Source: an uncultured virus (IMG/VR IMGVR_UViG_2897118514_000003) (taxonomy: Duplodnaviria > Heunggongvirae > Uroviricota > Caudoviricetes). Taken from it: a stretch of 62,254 nt of DNA. The notes below the pieces were generated by a model that saw nothing but the letters and a program-made list of their open reading frames with translations, was not told the origin of the DNA and made no database searches. Every line of letters starts with the position of its first letter. The stretch's first letter is position 1. The stretch covers positions 62,001 to 124,254 of IMG/VR virus record IMGVR_UViG_2897118514_000003. One strand, written 5' to 3'. Positions 30,496 to 40,979 of this stretch are shown here, piece after piece. The translations under genes and the position numbers were made by a program.

Positions 30496-31512
30496 ATGAA
30501 ATTAGATACTGTGAAAATCAAAGGCTTGTTTAGCCGTGTATTAAATAACAAAATGGACGGTACAGACCAAGCTGATATCCAAACTTACATTAAGAAAGTG
30601 TTTGGTGATGGCGGTACTACACCTGACCCTTCCATGCTCCATCAATTTAATAACCTTGTCGTTGAACAAGCTGATGAAATTGCGAAACCAAAAGTAACAC
30701 AGCTCCTCTCCCTTCTGGCCAATGTCCAACAAGAAAAACGAGGCAATATTAAAGAAATTAAAATTCCAAAAAAGAATAAGGCAAAAGTCATTTGGTCTGC
30801 TACAGGCTCTGGTGTTGATTTAGTTCGTGTTGAAGGACAAGAAACAGTTCCTGCTGTTCCTAAAACTATGTCAACAGGTTTCTATTATGAACCCCTAGAT
30901 CTCGTAACAGATTCAATTGTTTACTTCAATAAATTGGTGAATGATATTGCAGATGCTAAAGTCCGCTTGTACCTCGATAAAATTCATCAATTAACTGCAA
31001 GCGCAATTACAGCTGGTAAAATCCCTGCAAAAAATGTTCAAACAGGCTCAAACCTTACTCTTCAACAATACAACAAAGTAGCTTCCGTGCTTCAACGTTA
31101 TGGTGGAAAACCAATCTTCGTCGCTGACACTCTTCTCATTGACTACTTCGCATTCCAACAAGGAACAGACTCTACGTTTAAGAACTTCTTAACAGAAGAA
31201 GTTAAAGGAGAACTCCTCACTGCCCTAAATCCAACTACAATCGGCAGAACAACTGCTGTTAACCTTACTAACCCATTTACAGATGATACAAATAGTAAAG
31301 TCGAACTTCCTGTCAACAAAGGTTATATGTTTGCAGGTGGAGTTTCACAGAAACCATTTTCTGTTGTTGAGTATGGTGGACTACGTCAATTGACAGAACA
31401 AGACATCGAAGATGAAAGAATCAAAATGAAAATTGTTCAAGATGCTTCTGTTAACCTTCTTTTTGGAGAAGCAATCGGAATTATTGAAGAACAAGCTGCA
31501 GTATCTATCTAA
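30496..31512 (+). CDS. yonB: YonB, probable major capsid protein
   Basis: 338 aa, strong RBS, synteny. Confidence 0.8.
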   Translation: MKLDTVKIKGLFSRVLNNKMDGTDQADIQTYIKKVFGDGGTTPDPSMLHQFNNLVVEQADEIAKPKVTQLLSLLANVQQEKRGNIKEIKIPKKNKAKVIWSATGSGVDLVRVEGQETVPAVPKTMSTGFYYEPLDLVTDSIVYFNKLVNDIADAKVRLYLDKIHQLTASAITAGKIPAKNVQTGSNLTLQQYNKVASVLQRYGGKPIFVADTLLIDYFAFQQGTDSTFKNFLTEEVKGELLTALNPTTIGRTTAVNLTNPFTDDTNSKVELPVNKGYMFAGGVSQKPFSVVEYGGLRQLTEQDIEDERIKMKIVQDASVNLLFGEAIGIIEEQAAVSI

Positions 31513-31547
31513 ATCAAAATATAAGGATTTTTTAGGAGGATATAAAT

Positions 31548-32018
31548 TTGACTGAAAAAATTAAGTTAGCACGATACAGAAGTACATCTTATTTTGTTGG
31601 GTATACCGGCGATGGTGGACATAAACAATACACTTGGGCTGGTAGTAAAAATGGTAAGGCTGATATTAAAGAAGTTCCAAAAGAAGTTGTTGAATGGCTC
31701 ACAATGAACAGCGTTTGTTTCGATAAAGGTGAATTAGTTATTGTTGAAGATAATGAGACAACCAAAGAAATTAAAGATTCTATTGTTGAGTCGGAGGCTT
31801 ATGAAAATAACATCCATACCAAAGAAGAAATTGAAAAGATGATTAAATCGGGAAATATTGCTCAACTAAAAAATAAGCTCGATAAAATCACAGTGGATTC
31901 TGAGAAGCAATTTATTATTGACGTTGCTTCAGAATTTAGCGATGACATTGCTGCAGGCAAATTAAAAGTTTTGGCTGATTGGATGGGAGTCGCTGATCCT
32001 TCCCTTCTCTTTGACTAA
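31548..32018 (+). CDS. yonA: YonA virion/assembly protein
   Basis: 156 aa, synteny. Confidence 0.75.
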   Translation: MTEKIKLARYRSTSYFVGYTGDGGHKQYTWAGSKNGKADIKEVPKEVVEWLTMNSVCFDKGELVIVEDNETTKEIKDSIVESEAYENNIHTKEEIEKMIKSGNIAQLKNKLDKITVDSEKQFIIDVASEFSDDIAAGKLKVLADWMGVADPSLLFD

Positions 32019-32032
32019 GAGGAGGGATTTTT

Positions 32033-32428
32033 ATGACATCTTATGATCAAATATGGGAAACCTTTTTAAACAACTGCGAGACGTCCGATTTTGATGTTCC
32101 TCAAGAAGAAGAGGACATTTATAAATCAATTCGAAATGCAATCCTTCATTTCAATAACCGGCTTAGAGACAATTTAAAAGCTGATAATTCAACTGAAACT
32201 GTTAATCGGGAATTATCCGAGGATGATCTTCTTATTCTTGCACACTTCTTGAGATACATCTTTTTGTTAAATAAAAAGACCTTGTTTGAGAATACGTGGC
32301 AGCCCTTCACGAATGACGTGGGGATCAAGAACTTTGGTACGCAACTCAATTCACTTAAACAAAGTGTAATGGATCAGAAAGACGAAATTGAGCGCTTGAT
32401 ATTGAACGCTGCGGTGGATTATCTATGA
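32033..32428 (+). CDS. yomZ: YomZ, probable head-tail adaptor
   Basis: 131 aa, synteny. Confidence 0.7.
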   Translation: MTSYDQIWETFLNNCETSDFDVPQEEEDIYKSIRNAILHFNNRLRDNLKADNSTETVNRELSEDDLLILAHFLRYIFLLNKKTLFENTWQPFTNDVGIKNFGTQLNSLKQSVMDQKDEIERLILNAAVDYL

Positions 32429-32679
32429 GTACAATTAAAGTTAAATCGGCACATAAAGATGGACAAATAAAGCTTGAGGACTTAGATGTTGTTTGCAATA
32501 AACTGTGTAAAAGAAACAATTCAGTCCTCTTCAAATTGGAGAAATACCTTAATAAAAAGCTGCTAAGTGATCCTGAACTCACAGAAATCAGGGACACTAT
32601 TTTAACAGTAAGTGGTGAATTAAGCAGACTTAGGGATAACTTAGTAACAGACGGTGATTCGAATGAAGGACTACAGTAA
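32425..32679 (+). CDS. yomY: YomY
   Basis: 84 aa, ATGA overlap, synteny. Confidence 0.7.
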   Translation: MSTIKVKSAHKDGQIKLEDLDVVCNKLCKRNNSVLFKLEKYLNKKLLSDPELTEIRDTILTVSGELSRLRDNLVTDGDSNEGLQ

Positions 32680-33313
32680 TTACCACAAGGTTAACATTAA
32701 TAATAAACTTCTTCATGATGGTAAGCTTATTTTCCAACAAGGCCTTAAGGGGTTTGAATCTGAAAAAGTCACAATTGATGGAATCGAAAAAACAGTAATG
32801 ATCACCTCTAAGTACTCTAGTGGCGATGGTTCTGCAAGATATATATTAGGTGAAATTGCTGACATTTATCGTGGCGGAGTTGTTAAGTTTAATGATGAAA
32901 CATGGCTCATCACCTCCCACCCTCTCAGTAATAAGATTTACAAGAAGGCTGAGATAAAAATATGTGGAACATCATTTTTTCTTACTTCAGAAGACAAGCT
33001 AATCGATACTGGCAAAATTAACGAAATCACTGGTAAGCCAATTTATGAAAAAGTACCTGGCGAAAAAACTGAAGTCCCCTGCATATTCGAAAGGACAACT
33101 TCAATAAATGGCACTGAATTGGCAGTAAATCTTCCTGATGGTCAAGCAAACATTACAATTCCTTATCTTGTTCATGAAAAATTGAAAATTGGACTTACCC
33201 TCACCTTCTTTGGCGAAGATTATCAAGTCGATGATATAGACTATTCTAAAGTTTATGGAGATCATGGAACAATTAAATTGGTAGCCAAAAAGAAAGTTGG
33301 TGAAAAGACATGA
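32663..33313 (+). CDS. yomX: YomX, probable head closure protein
   Basis: 216 aa from ATG 32663, synteny. Confidence 0.7.
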   Translation: MKDYSNYHKVNINNKLLHDGKLIFQQGLKGFESEKVTIDGIEKTVMITSKYSSGDGSARYILGEIADIYRGGVVKFNDETWLITSHPLSNKIYKKAEIKICGTSFFLTSEDKLIDTGKINEITGKPIYEKVPGEKTEVPCIFERTTSINGTELAVNLPDGQANITIPYLVHEKLKIGLTLTFFGEDYQVDDIDYSKVYGDHGTIKLVAKKKVGEKT

Positions 33314-33816
33314 GCATGACTGTTGAGCAGATGACAAAAATCTTCAGATTAGTTATGGATGATGTTCAGCTAAATCGGCTTCTGTATTATAAAGATGATC
33401 CTCTCTCCCCTTCTCATCCAGATGTTCAATCACTCGAAAATTATTATGACTCCACAAATGACTCACCCGCTATAATCAATACCATATTTAAGCGAGCACC
33501 TAAAACAGATGATCTATCGGATTCACCGTTATGTAGGATGTGTGTTTATTTAGGGAACGCATTACCAAAACCATCCAACCAAAGCGCGATGCTTCTTGAT
33601 CAAGACTTGATGATTGATGTTTTCACCCACATTAACACCTTTGAAGAAACTGAATTTAGAAATCTTAAGATTAATGACAGAATTAATAAGCTCTTGTTCA
33701 ATCAGAATTTTGCTGGTATCGGTAAGACAAACTCTTATAAAAGACTGCTAATCACTAATCCTCCTGACGGTTACCTCGGCTATAAATTAATTTATACCTT
33801 TGGGGCAATGAAATGA
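33310..33816 (+). CDS. yomW: YomW, probable tail terminator
   Basis: 168 aa, synteny. Confidence 0.7.
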   Translation: MSMTVEQMTKIFRLVMDDVQLNRLLYYKDDPLSPSHPDVQSLENYYDSTNDSPAIINTIFKRAPKTDDLSDSPLCRMCVYLGNALPKPSNQSAMLLDQDLMIDVFTHINTFEETEFRNLKINDRINKLLFNQNFAGIGKTNSYKRLLITNPPDGYLGYKLIYTFGAMK

Positions 33817-34541
33817 TTGATAGTGAATTCTTTATAACCGGTGAACCAATCCCTACTGAATTTGGCGATTGTCGATTTATAAAAGTTAAGGAATATGCTT
33901 TTTTAACTCCGTACCTCAGCTGGTTTAAGATGTCTAAGAAAGAGATTATTTATACTTACAGCAAAAAGGAAAATAATCAATTTGGCCAATTAGATGGTCT
34001 TATTGCCGAACTTAAAAAACTGTCTTTATTTGAAATTACAAGTATCCTTCCGAATTTTAAAGAAGCATATGAAGTAATATTTAGCACAGTTTTTAATGGC
34101 GTTGAAATTTTAGAGAAACTTACACCGGAAAACTTCGAAGCCCTAAGAGAATTGATCTTGAGAATGTCTTGTCTTAAAGAAGAAAAAATCAGCTCTAACC
34201 CAGAGATACAGCGAGCTAACGAGCGCAGCAAAAGGGTGAAAAGTCAGGAATCAGATATGGTTGATATGGCAGACATCATGAGCAGTGTTGCTGCTCACAC
34301 TGGATATTTGTACAAAGATATAAATGAAATGACTCTGTTTCAGTTATACATGACTTACTACAGAGTTGGTCAATTTAAACAGTACGATACCTCCACCCTG
34401 TTTGCGACCGTTTCACCTGATGCAGCCAAACACATGGAAAGCTGGGGAAAACATATCGACTTATTTGAAGAAGAAAAACACTACATAAGTAGAGAAAGTT
34501 TCATGAAACAAACTAAAGGTTTTGGTAAAGGCAGCGCATAG
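33813..34541 (+). CDS. yomV: YomV, tail assembly-related protein
   Basis: 242 aa; INEMTLFQL chaperone-like motif. Confidence 0.65.
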   Translation: MIDSEFFITGEPIPTEFGDCRFIKVKEYAFLTPYLSWFKMSKKEIIYTYSKKENNQFGQLDGLIAELKKLSLFEITSILPNFKEAYEVIFSTVFNGVEILEKLTPENFEALRELILRMSCLKEEKISSNPEIQRANERSKRVKSQESDMVDMADIMSSVAAHTGYLYKDINEMTLFQLYMTYYRVGQFKQYDTSTLFATVSPDAAKHMESWGKHIDLFEEEKHYISRESFMKQTKGFGKGSA

Positions 34542-34576
34542 CTGTCTTTTTTATTATTTAAGGAGGCAACAATTAG

Positions 34577-35371
34577 ATGAAAACAGTTATTCAAGATACA
34601 GCTGACGTTTATTTCAAACGAAAATCTGACGGTAAGCTTGTATTCACAGCCGAGGCACAAACAGCATCATTCTCCCAAGCAATCTCTGAAGAAAAACTCA
34701 GAGGTGGAATCGGAAATAAACCACTTTACATTCTTAAATCTGAGAAGGAAATTAACCTAACTGTCAAAAATGCTTTCTTTGATTTAGAATGGCTTGCAAT
34801 GACACAGGGTGAAACAATTCAGGAAGAAACAAAAGTAAAGGTTTTCGATAGAGAACATGGACTGATTGTAGATGATACAAACAAAGTTACTCTAAAAGGA
34901 AAACCTGTAAGCGATGTTACTTTCTATAACAAAAAAGGTTTAACATATAAGATTGCTGTTTCAACTGATGGCACATATACAATTCCAACAGCATTTGCGG
35001 CTGCTAAAGACAAACTAACAGCTGTGTATCAAATTGAAAAAGTCGGTAGACGTTTAGCCATTAAAGCCAGCAAGTTCTCAGAACGATATGAAGTTGAATA
35101 TCGCACTATTGCTTATAACCCTGATACAGAAGAAGTTTACAGTGACATCTATATCCAGTTCCCTAATGTTTCTCCTTCAGGGGAATTTGAAATGTCATTA
35201 GAGAATGGAAATGCTTTAGCACCTGAAATTAAGTTTGAAGCGTTAGCAGATACAGATACAGACGAAATGGCTGTAGTAATCGAAGCAAGTAGAGATGAAA
35301 ATACCGCAGCTCCGTTTGAGGATACAACAGGTTCAACTCAAAGCTCAGATCTTGGCGGAACAACTGAATAA
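34577..35371 (+). CDS. yomU: YomU, probable major tail tube protein
   Basis: 264 aa beta-rich, strong RBS, synteny. Confidence 0.75.
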   Translation: MKTVIQDTADVYFKRKSDGKLVFTAEAQTASFSQAISEEKLRGGIGNKPLYILKSEKEINLTVKNAFFDLEWLAMTQGETIQEETKVKVFDREHGLIVDDTNKVTLKGKPVSDVTFYNKKGLTYKIAVSTDGTYTIPTAFAAAKDKLTAVYQIEKVGRRLAIKASKFSERYEVEYRTIAYNPDTEEVYSDIYIQFPNVSPSGEFEMSLENGNALAPEIKFEALADTDTDEMAVVIEASRDENTAAPFEDTTGSTQSSDLGGTTE

Positions 35372-35388
35372 TTAAGGAGGCGTTTATT

Positions 35389-36000
35389 ATTGCTTTTTTA
35401 AACCAGGACGGTGATAAATACACCTCTGCAAAAGATGATGGGACAGGTAATCCCATAACAGCTGTATCAATTGAACGTTCCACTATCCCATTGGAGGTTG
35501 GTCTCAATAATGACCAGCCTCTTAATGTTAATGTGGCCAACACTGCACTTGATGTAAATATAACTAATACGGCTTCTGTCCCTGTTTTGGTTAAAAACAC
35601 TGCAGCAATTAAAACCCAAGTTCAAAAATCCTATTCTGAATTTGTTGTTACTGATGCTGATACCGTAGCTACAGGTGCAACTAAGTCTTATACAGTTGAT
35701 CTAATCGATTCACTTGGTGTTTTCAGAACTTACGGTGTTGCTATGTACACAACTCAAACAGACAGCTCAAACAGCAAAGTTTTAGCAAGTATTTATTCTG
35801 TACCGAAAAACATCCCATTTTATTCTGCAACTACATCAGGTAATGATAGTTCTGTTTTATTCAACAGCATTGCCTTTGTTCAGAATTACCCTTTGCAAAA
35901 ACAATTAACTTTCACTGCTCCAAAAATACATCTGACAGTTAAAGCAGCCGGGACAGTTGATCTAACTGGGTTAAAAATCGTTGTTTGGGGGATGGAATAA
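35389..36000 (+). CDS. Tail-associated protein, probable ATT start (203 aa)
   Basis: AAGGAGG at 35374-35380, then ATT at 35389 in frame with the 35491 ORF. Confidence 0.65.
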   Translation: MAFLNQDGDKYTSAKDDGTGNPITAVSIERSTIPLEVGLNNDQPLNVNVANTALDVNITNTASVPVLVKNTAAIKTQVQKSYSEFVVTDADTVATGATKSYTVDLIDSLGVFRTYGVAMYTTQTDSSNSKVLASIYSVPKNIPFYSATTSGNDSSVLFNSIAFVQNYPLQKQLTFTAPKIHLTVKAAGTVDLTGLKIVVWGME

Positions 36001-36227
36001 TGACATTTGATGAAGTATGTGGTCTGTTCAAACAATTTGATGGCTTGGAACAAAAATTCCTATTGCTATCAGATGGATCCTATATCAGTGTTGATGATTT
36101 CAAGCAACGCTTTGAAGGCGACTTCAATGAGTACGAACCTTTAAGTTCGCTTCAGTCATCCCCTTCTTCTACCCCAGCTTGGGAAGGTATATGGAATAAG
36201 CTACAAGAGGATGGGCTTTTTGGATAA
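36000..36227 (+). CDS. yomT: YomT, 75 aa
   Basis: TAATG coupling at 35998-36002; size and synteny. Confidence 0.7.
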   Translation: MTFDEVCGLFKQFDGLEQKFLLLSDGSYISVDDFKQRFEGDFNEYEPLSSLQSSPSSTPAWEGIWNKLQEDGLFG

Positions 36228-36290
36228 GTCCTCCCCTCTTGTTTTTCTAGATAAAAGACAGTTTTTATTCAAATTAAGGAGGTGGAGTTG

Positions 36291-36647
36291 TTGACAGAAA
36301 CGACTGAAAATGTCGTAGTTACGATTCCAGACAAGACTTCATTTACATTTCATGAAGCAACAACTTCCCCATCAGAAGGTGAAGAATTTGTAGTGAGTCA
36401 TTTTCGGGAACTTACTGTTAAGATCACTGGTTCCTCTACTTCCCGGGAAGTTAAATTCTATGCAGTCGATGAAAACGGTGAAAAGACTGCTTTAAGTGGC
36501 ACTAACAAAACTGATTTTCAACTCGCCAGCAGTACATTGAACACAAATGAATATTGGGACTTTGATATTGCTGGACTGTTTAAAGTAATGTTTGAAGTTT
36601 CCGCAGTTAATGGTGATGTATCTGTTAAAGGAAATGCGGTGAGCTAA
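36291..36647 (+). CDS. yomS: YomS, XepA-like jelly-roll protein
   Basis: 118 aa from TTG 36291, synteny. Confidence 0.75.
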   Translation: MTETTENVVVTIPDKTSFTFHEATTSPSEGEEFVVSHFRELTVKITGSSTSREVKFYAVDENGEKTALSGTNKTDFQLASSTLNTNEYWDFDIAGLFKVMFEVSAVNGDVSVKGNAVS

Positions 36648-37591
36648 TGAGTAGCAGTAAATTTGTTGGTCAATTAAAACAAAACAATGAACAAATAAAC
36701 AACCTAAAGGAAATCACTACACAAGCCGAAAAGCATATGGTTGTCCACGAACAAAAGCTCACTGAAATAGTTGATGAATTCATAGAGAAACAAAATTATG
36801 AGTTGAAGAATCATACAGAAAATAAAAATAACCCCCACCAAGTTACTAAGGAACAGTTAGGCTTGGGTAAAGTAATAAATATTGAGCAGGCAGCTAAATC
36901 AGATTTTGACTCCCATACTGCAGATACTATTGTGCATATTACAACCACTGAACGCAATACATGGAACGCCAAAGAAACAACAGCAGGATCTCAATCAAAA
37001 GCTGATCAAGCACTTACTAATGCAAAAGCTTACACTGATACCCATGTCTCCAATAAATCTAACCCACATGGTGTTACTGCTTCACAAATTGGACTAGGAA
37101 ATCTAACTAACGATAAGCAGGCGACAAAAAGTGAATTTGATTTGCACGCTGGCGATACAACTAAACATGTTACTGCTACTGAAAGAAATTCATGGCTTTT
37201 AAAAAGCGATATCACTTCCTCTGTTACCAGTGGAGATACTTCCAAAGTATTAAACGGAGAAGGCGCAAAATTACTTAATGATAAGATAACCGAATTACAG
37301 AATGAGGTTTATTTAACTGATTTATTAAGTGTTACTACAGGTGAAGTCACTCTAAAAGATGACATAACAAAGTACAAGAAACTACTTGTTGTAACTGGAG
37401 GAGTTTCAACTGGTGATGTTAGAACGTCATTAGTTAGATGTTTCTACACGTACACCTTCAGGCCTCTGACCGACACAATTAATGTCTCTACTTCTAGGGG
37501 GAAATTCTCTGCCAGTATTACTTCAAATACTTCAATAAGCATTACACAAGCAGATGATGCCTTAAGATACATTATTGGTTTGAAATATTGA
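36647..37591 (+). CDS. YomR-like tail fibre protein
   Basis: Repeats H....NPHxVTxxQxGL and HxTxxERxxW. Confidence 0.75.
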   Translation: MSSSKFVGQLKQNNEQINNLKEITTQAEKHMVVHEQKLTEIVDEFIEKQNYELKNHTENKNNPHQVTKEQLGLGKVINIEQAAKSDFDSHTADTIVHITTTERNTWNAKETTAGSQSKADQALTNAKAYTDTHVSNKSNPHGVTASQIGLGNLTNDKQATKSEFDLHAGDTTKHVTATERNSWLLKSDITSSVTSGDTSKVLNGEGAKLLNDKITELQNEVYLTDLLSVTTGEVTLKDDITKYKKLLVVTGGVSTGDVRTSLVRCFYTYTFRPLTDTINVSTSRGKFSASITSNTSISITQADDALRYIIGLKY

Positions 37592-37605
37592 AAGGAGGGT
37601 TTGCT

Positions 37606-38007
37606 ATAAACGTTTTTATTATCGATAAAATAACGAAAAAAATTATAAAAAGAAACATTGGCTTGCCTGATGACAGCAATAAAGAACTCTCTTCCTACTT
37701 TGATAGTAATGAATATGATTTATCAAAACACTTTTTTGCAACCGGAGAAAATTTAGAGGAAGGCTTTTATAAGATTGTAAATGGTCAGGTAGTTGCTAAA
37801 ACCACTGAAGAGTTAATTGCTGATAAAGTCATACCGCCAACGACGGAAACACATCCTGAGCCAGTGTTAACCATTGAAGATTTAAAAACCCTGAATGATG
37901 CGTTAGGTAAGCAATTGGTATCGGAAAAACTAAAAAATACACAATTAGAGAACAAGCTTTCCAATCTCGGAAAAACTGTTGTTTCTATAAAATTAGGAGT
38001 GTTATAA
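37606..38007 (+). CDS. XkdW/YomQ-position fibre-associated protein, probable ATA start
   Basis: AAAGGAGG at 37591-37598, then ATA at 37606; C-terminal coiled coil. Confidence 0.6.
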   Translation: MNVFIIDKITKKIIKRNIGLPDDSNKELSSYFDSNEYDLSKHFFATGENLEEGFYKIVNGQVVAKTTEELIADKVIPPTTETHPEPVLTIEDLKTLNDALGKQLVSEKLKNTQLENKLSNLGKTVVSIKLGVL

Positions 38008-38008
38008 A

Positions 38009-38149
38009 ATGACTGATTTTGAATTTTGGGAAATGGCATACCGGTATGAATGGGCAACTAAAGATGATTTAAAAAAGGCTGTAGAACTTGGAGATATCAC
38101 TCCAGAAGAATATAAAAAGATTACTAATGAAGACTATGTAGCTGCTTAA
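38009..38149 (+). CDS. XkdX-family small protein, 46 aa (not in ORF track)
   Basis: MTDFEFWEMAYRYEWATKDDLKKAVELGDITPEEYKKITNEDYVAA; ITxEEYxxIT motif. Confidence 0.85.
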   Translation: MTDFEFWEMAYRYEWATKDDLKKAVELGDITPEEYKKITNEDYVAA

Positions 38150-38186
38150 GAAATATTATATGGAGGATATTTAAGGAGGAAATAAG

Positions 38187-38675
38187 ATGACAACAAAAAA
38201 GTTAAATTTAGGTTTAATTGAGGAGAGCGTCAGTAAATATGACAAGAAAGAAAAAGTCCAATTAACTGATGACGTACATGTATTTATTTATCCATACTTC
38301 TCTCCTTCTCGATTGACAAAAATGTTATCCGGATTGATTTCTGATCAAGAAGAAGCAAAAAAAGCAGGGATTAAATCATTTAAGGATATAAATCAAGTTC
38401 AATGGGCATTCTTTTCACTAGTTAAAGAATTTACGGACTTGGGCATTCCAAATGACATTAAAAATAAAGTCAAATGGTATCTTAAACTTGTAGATTCAGA
38501 GTTCTTCCCTTTGATTATCAACAGCTTCCCTAAAGAAAGTTTAGAAAAACTGGGTAAAGCCACTGTTGTGCTGCAACAAAACATAGATGAGTTATCAAAA
38601 AAATCTCAGGAAGAAGCAAATAATCTTATCCTTCAAAAGGTCGAAGAGATTGAAAGCAGCGCTGATCCACTGTAA
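38187..38675 (+). CDS. yomO: YomO-like protein
   Basis: 162 aa, synteny. Confidence 0.65.
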   Translation: MTTKKLNLGLIEESVSKYDKKEKVQLTDDVHVFIYPYFSPSRLTKMLSGLISDQEEAKKAGIKSFKDINQVQWAFFSLVKEFTDLGIPNDIKNKVKWYLKLVDSEFFPLIINSFPKESLEKLGKATVVLQQNIDELSKKSQEEANNLILQKVEEIESSADPL

Positions 38676-39094
38676 TGGCGAAAAACATAAAAGAAATCAA
38701 AGCAATGGTTGAACAAGCTGCAATTCAGTCTATACATAAATCTTCCTCTAACGTTAAGCAAGTCATGACGAAAACAGGTCAAGATCATGTTGAAGAAGAT
38801 GTTTACGGCACCTATAGCCCCCTACTTTATGAACGTACAGGAAAGCTTAAAGACGCTTTTATAACCACCAACGAGAGTAACGGGGTATCCTTGGACAATA
38901 TTAGAGAAGATGATGGGAAAGATGTTGCTACAGTCATTGAAACCGGACAGGGGTATACATACCCTGATTCATATGGATATGGCTACGGTAAACCTCGTCC
39001 TTTTATGAAGAAAACCTCTGAGACACTAAAAGATGGACGATTAACTGCAGCGCTAAAAAAAGATTTAAAGGCAGATGGAATTAAAACAGACTAA
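38675..39094 (+). CDS. yomN: YomN, HK97 gp10-like tail completion protein
   Basis: 139 aa; YERTGKL and KPRPFM motifs. Confidence 0.75.
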   Translation: MAKNIKEIKAMVEQAAIQSIHKSSSNVKQVMTKTGQDHVEEDVYGTYSPLLYERTGKLKDAFITTNESNGVSLDNIREDDGKDVATVIETGQGYTYPDSYGYGYGKPRPFMKKTSETLKDGRLTAALKKDLKADGIKTD

Positions 39095-39107
39095 TGGCGG
39101 TGAATTA

Positions 39108-40109
39108 ATGGCCAAATCAATTGAAAAGAATATGCTCAGATCTCGAGCAATAAAACTCCCCGAGGTCACGGAATCAATGTGGGAGCAAGTAGATGAAGAG
39201 CACAGAAACTTGGTTCAAGAGTTTTTAGATGCTCATTCATTTAGAGATAAAACACGAAAGCAGTATTACTCCTCCCTTCGCCAATTCTTTTGGTGGGTAC
39301 ATACCTCTCTTAACGGGAAAAAACTTTATAAGATTTCAAAGCGTGATTTCATTAGGTATCAAAGTTTCTTAAAGAATCGTGGGATGTCTTCAAGTGGGAT
39401 TGCTTTAAAAAAAGCCGGTGTATCCTCGTTAAATAATTATATCGAAAATGTTGTTGCAGAAGATGATCATAATTATGAGAAATTCAGAAATTTCACCCGC
39501 GGGCTTCCAGCTATTCCTAAAACCACTACCTATGAAAAAGTTAAAGTTACATATGATGATTATAAACTGATGATGGACGCCCTAAAAGAGGACGAAAATT
39601 ATTTGGGGATGGCATGGCTTGCTACTGCCTTTAATGTTGGCGGGCGAAGAGCAGAACTCATACAGTTAAAAACAGAAATATTAGATTACCCTGTTCCAGA
39701 GGGTCAGTCATACGTGATGAGTCATAAGGTATTTGGAAAAGGTAAAGGTGAAGGAAAACCTCTTGAGTACATGATTAACACAGAAGCACTGGAGTATCTT
39801 CGTTTATGGCATGAAAAACGTGGCTATGATCATGAATACCTCTTCACTACTCAGTATGGCGGAGAGCCTAAACAGATGTCAGAGTCTTGGGCTGATTATT
39901 TTTGCTCTGATGTGTTATCAGACATCCTTGGTCGACGTATAAACCCCCACCTCTTTAAAGCTTCGTGCATCACTTATCTCCTAGAAGTTAAGAAAATCAA
40001 AATTGAATTGATAAGCAAATATGTAGCTCATCATGAAGATGTCTCAACAACAATCAAGCACTATGATTTACGGGATTTTGAAGAAGAAAAGAATCAAATA
40101 TTTGTTTAG
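39108..40109 (+). CDS. yomM: YomM tyrosine recombinase (333 aa from ATG 39108)
   Basis: SAM-like core-binding domain, GGRRAEL, GKG, PHLFK, HHEDVSTTIKHY. Confidence 0.88.
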   Translation: MAKSIEKNMLRSRAIKLPEVTESMWEQVDEEHRNLVQEFLDAHSFRDKTRKQYYSSLRQFFWWVHTSLNGKKLYKISKRDFIRYQSFLKNRGMSSSGIALKKAGVSSLNNYIENVVAEDDHNYEKFRNFTRGLPAIPKTTTYEKVKVTYDDYKLMMDALKEDENYLGMAWLATAFNVGGRRAELIQLKTEILDYPVPEGQSYVMSHKVFGKGKGEGKPLEYMINTEALEYLRLWHEKRGYDHEYLFTTQYGGEPKQMSESWADYFCSDVLSDILGRRINPHLFKASCITYLLEVKKIKIELISKYVAHHEDVSTTIKHYDLRDFEEEKNQIFV

Positions 40110-40135
40110 TTAAAATCCCTCTTTTATTCAAAATC

Positions 40136-40160
40136 AAGATCCTTCAACTGAGGGATTTTG
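40136..40160 (+). terminator. Hairpin/terminator after yomM
   Basis: AAGATCCTTC-AACT-GAGGGATTTT. Confidence 0.55.
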
Positions 40161-40227
40161 CTTATGTTAATAAAAACGGGTATATTTATTATTGTAATTA
40201 AATTGAATTGAATGGAGGCTTTCTCTC

Positions 40228-40395
40228 ATGAGCAGAATTAATGAAGTAAGAGAATTTATTGAAAAGCTTCATCAATTAGAAGAAAGATATAATATTGAAG
40301 TTATTACAGAAGACAATTATGTAGGTTTACTTTATCTTGATAAAACAAACGACACCGTATTTGAGTATTCAAAAGGAAATATAAGCGAATTTTAG
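40228..40395 (+). CDS. Hypothetical 55-aa protein (not in ORF track)
   Basis: GGAGG RBS; MSRINEVREFIEKLHQLEERYNIEVITEDNYVGLLYLDKTNDTVFEYSKGNISEF. Confidence 0.65.
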   Translation: MSRINEVREFIEKLHQLEERYNIEVITEDNYVGLLYLDKTNDTVFEYSKGNISEF

Positions 40396-40468
40396 AAATA
40401 AATAAACTAAAATGTAATCACCTGTGTGATATTATGGAATAGCATCCATAATAAAGGAGTGGTTATAC

Positions 40469-40771
40469 ATGTCTACTGTTTTAGAACATAAAATTAGCAA
40501 TTTCACAAGTGCTGTTGAAAAATCAATTGAAAGTGAGAATTGGCATTCGGCCTTAGCTCTAGCACTGGCTTTACCCGATATTTGTGGAAACCTTCAGCAT
40601 CCTGAAAGCTCATCTTCAAGGAAATACATAAGTTTCTTTAATGATTTCTTAAGAGAAAAATACACTCGCAAAATCGGTGCGTCTGAGGAAGAATATGAAT
40701 TTTTAAATGGAAAAGATATGTACGCTTTGAGATGCTCCTTTTTACATGCTAAATTTGCCAAACCAAGATAA
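40469..40771 (+). pseudogene. Probably truncated HEPN-like protein
   Basis: ALALALALPDICG...YALRCSFLH (Rx4H) then stops 7 residues later. Confidence 0.55.
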
Positions 40772-40979
40772 AACGCCTTCTTATTGTTTTCCATACCTAC
40801 CCTCCTTCCTTCAAAAGAACCTATGTTTGTATTACATCCAAGAAATTCACTTACAATTCTGCAATTTTCGACATTTTTCTAATAAATCTATTTCAGAAAT
40901 AGAAAAGCTCCTTCTCCCTCCCTTTCATTAATAAATTTCTGTATTTCTGTGCTTGGAAACCATGGTATAATGTAGGAAA

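Noticed and set aside
39108..40109. yomM as the prophage integrase marking an att end
   Set aside because: It is embedded in the tail operon with phage genes on both sides; SPbeta-type integration uses a serine recombinase outside this window
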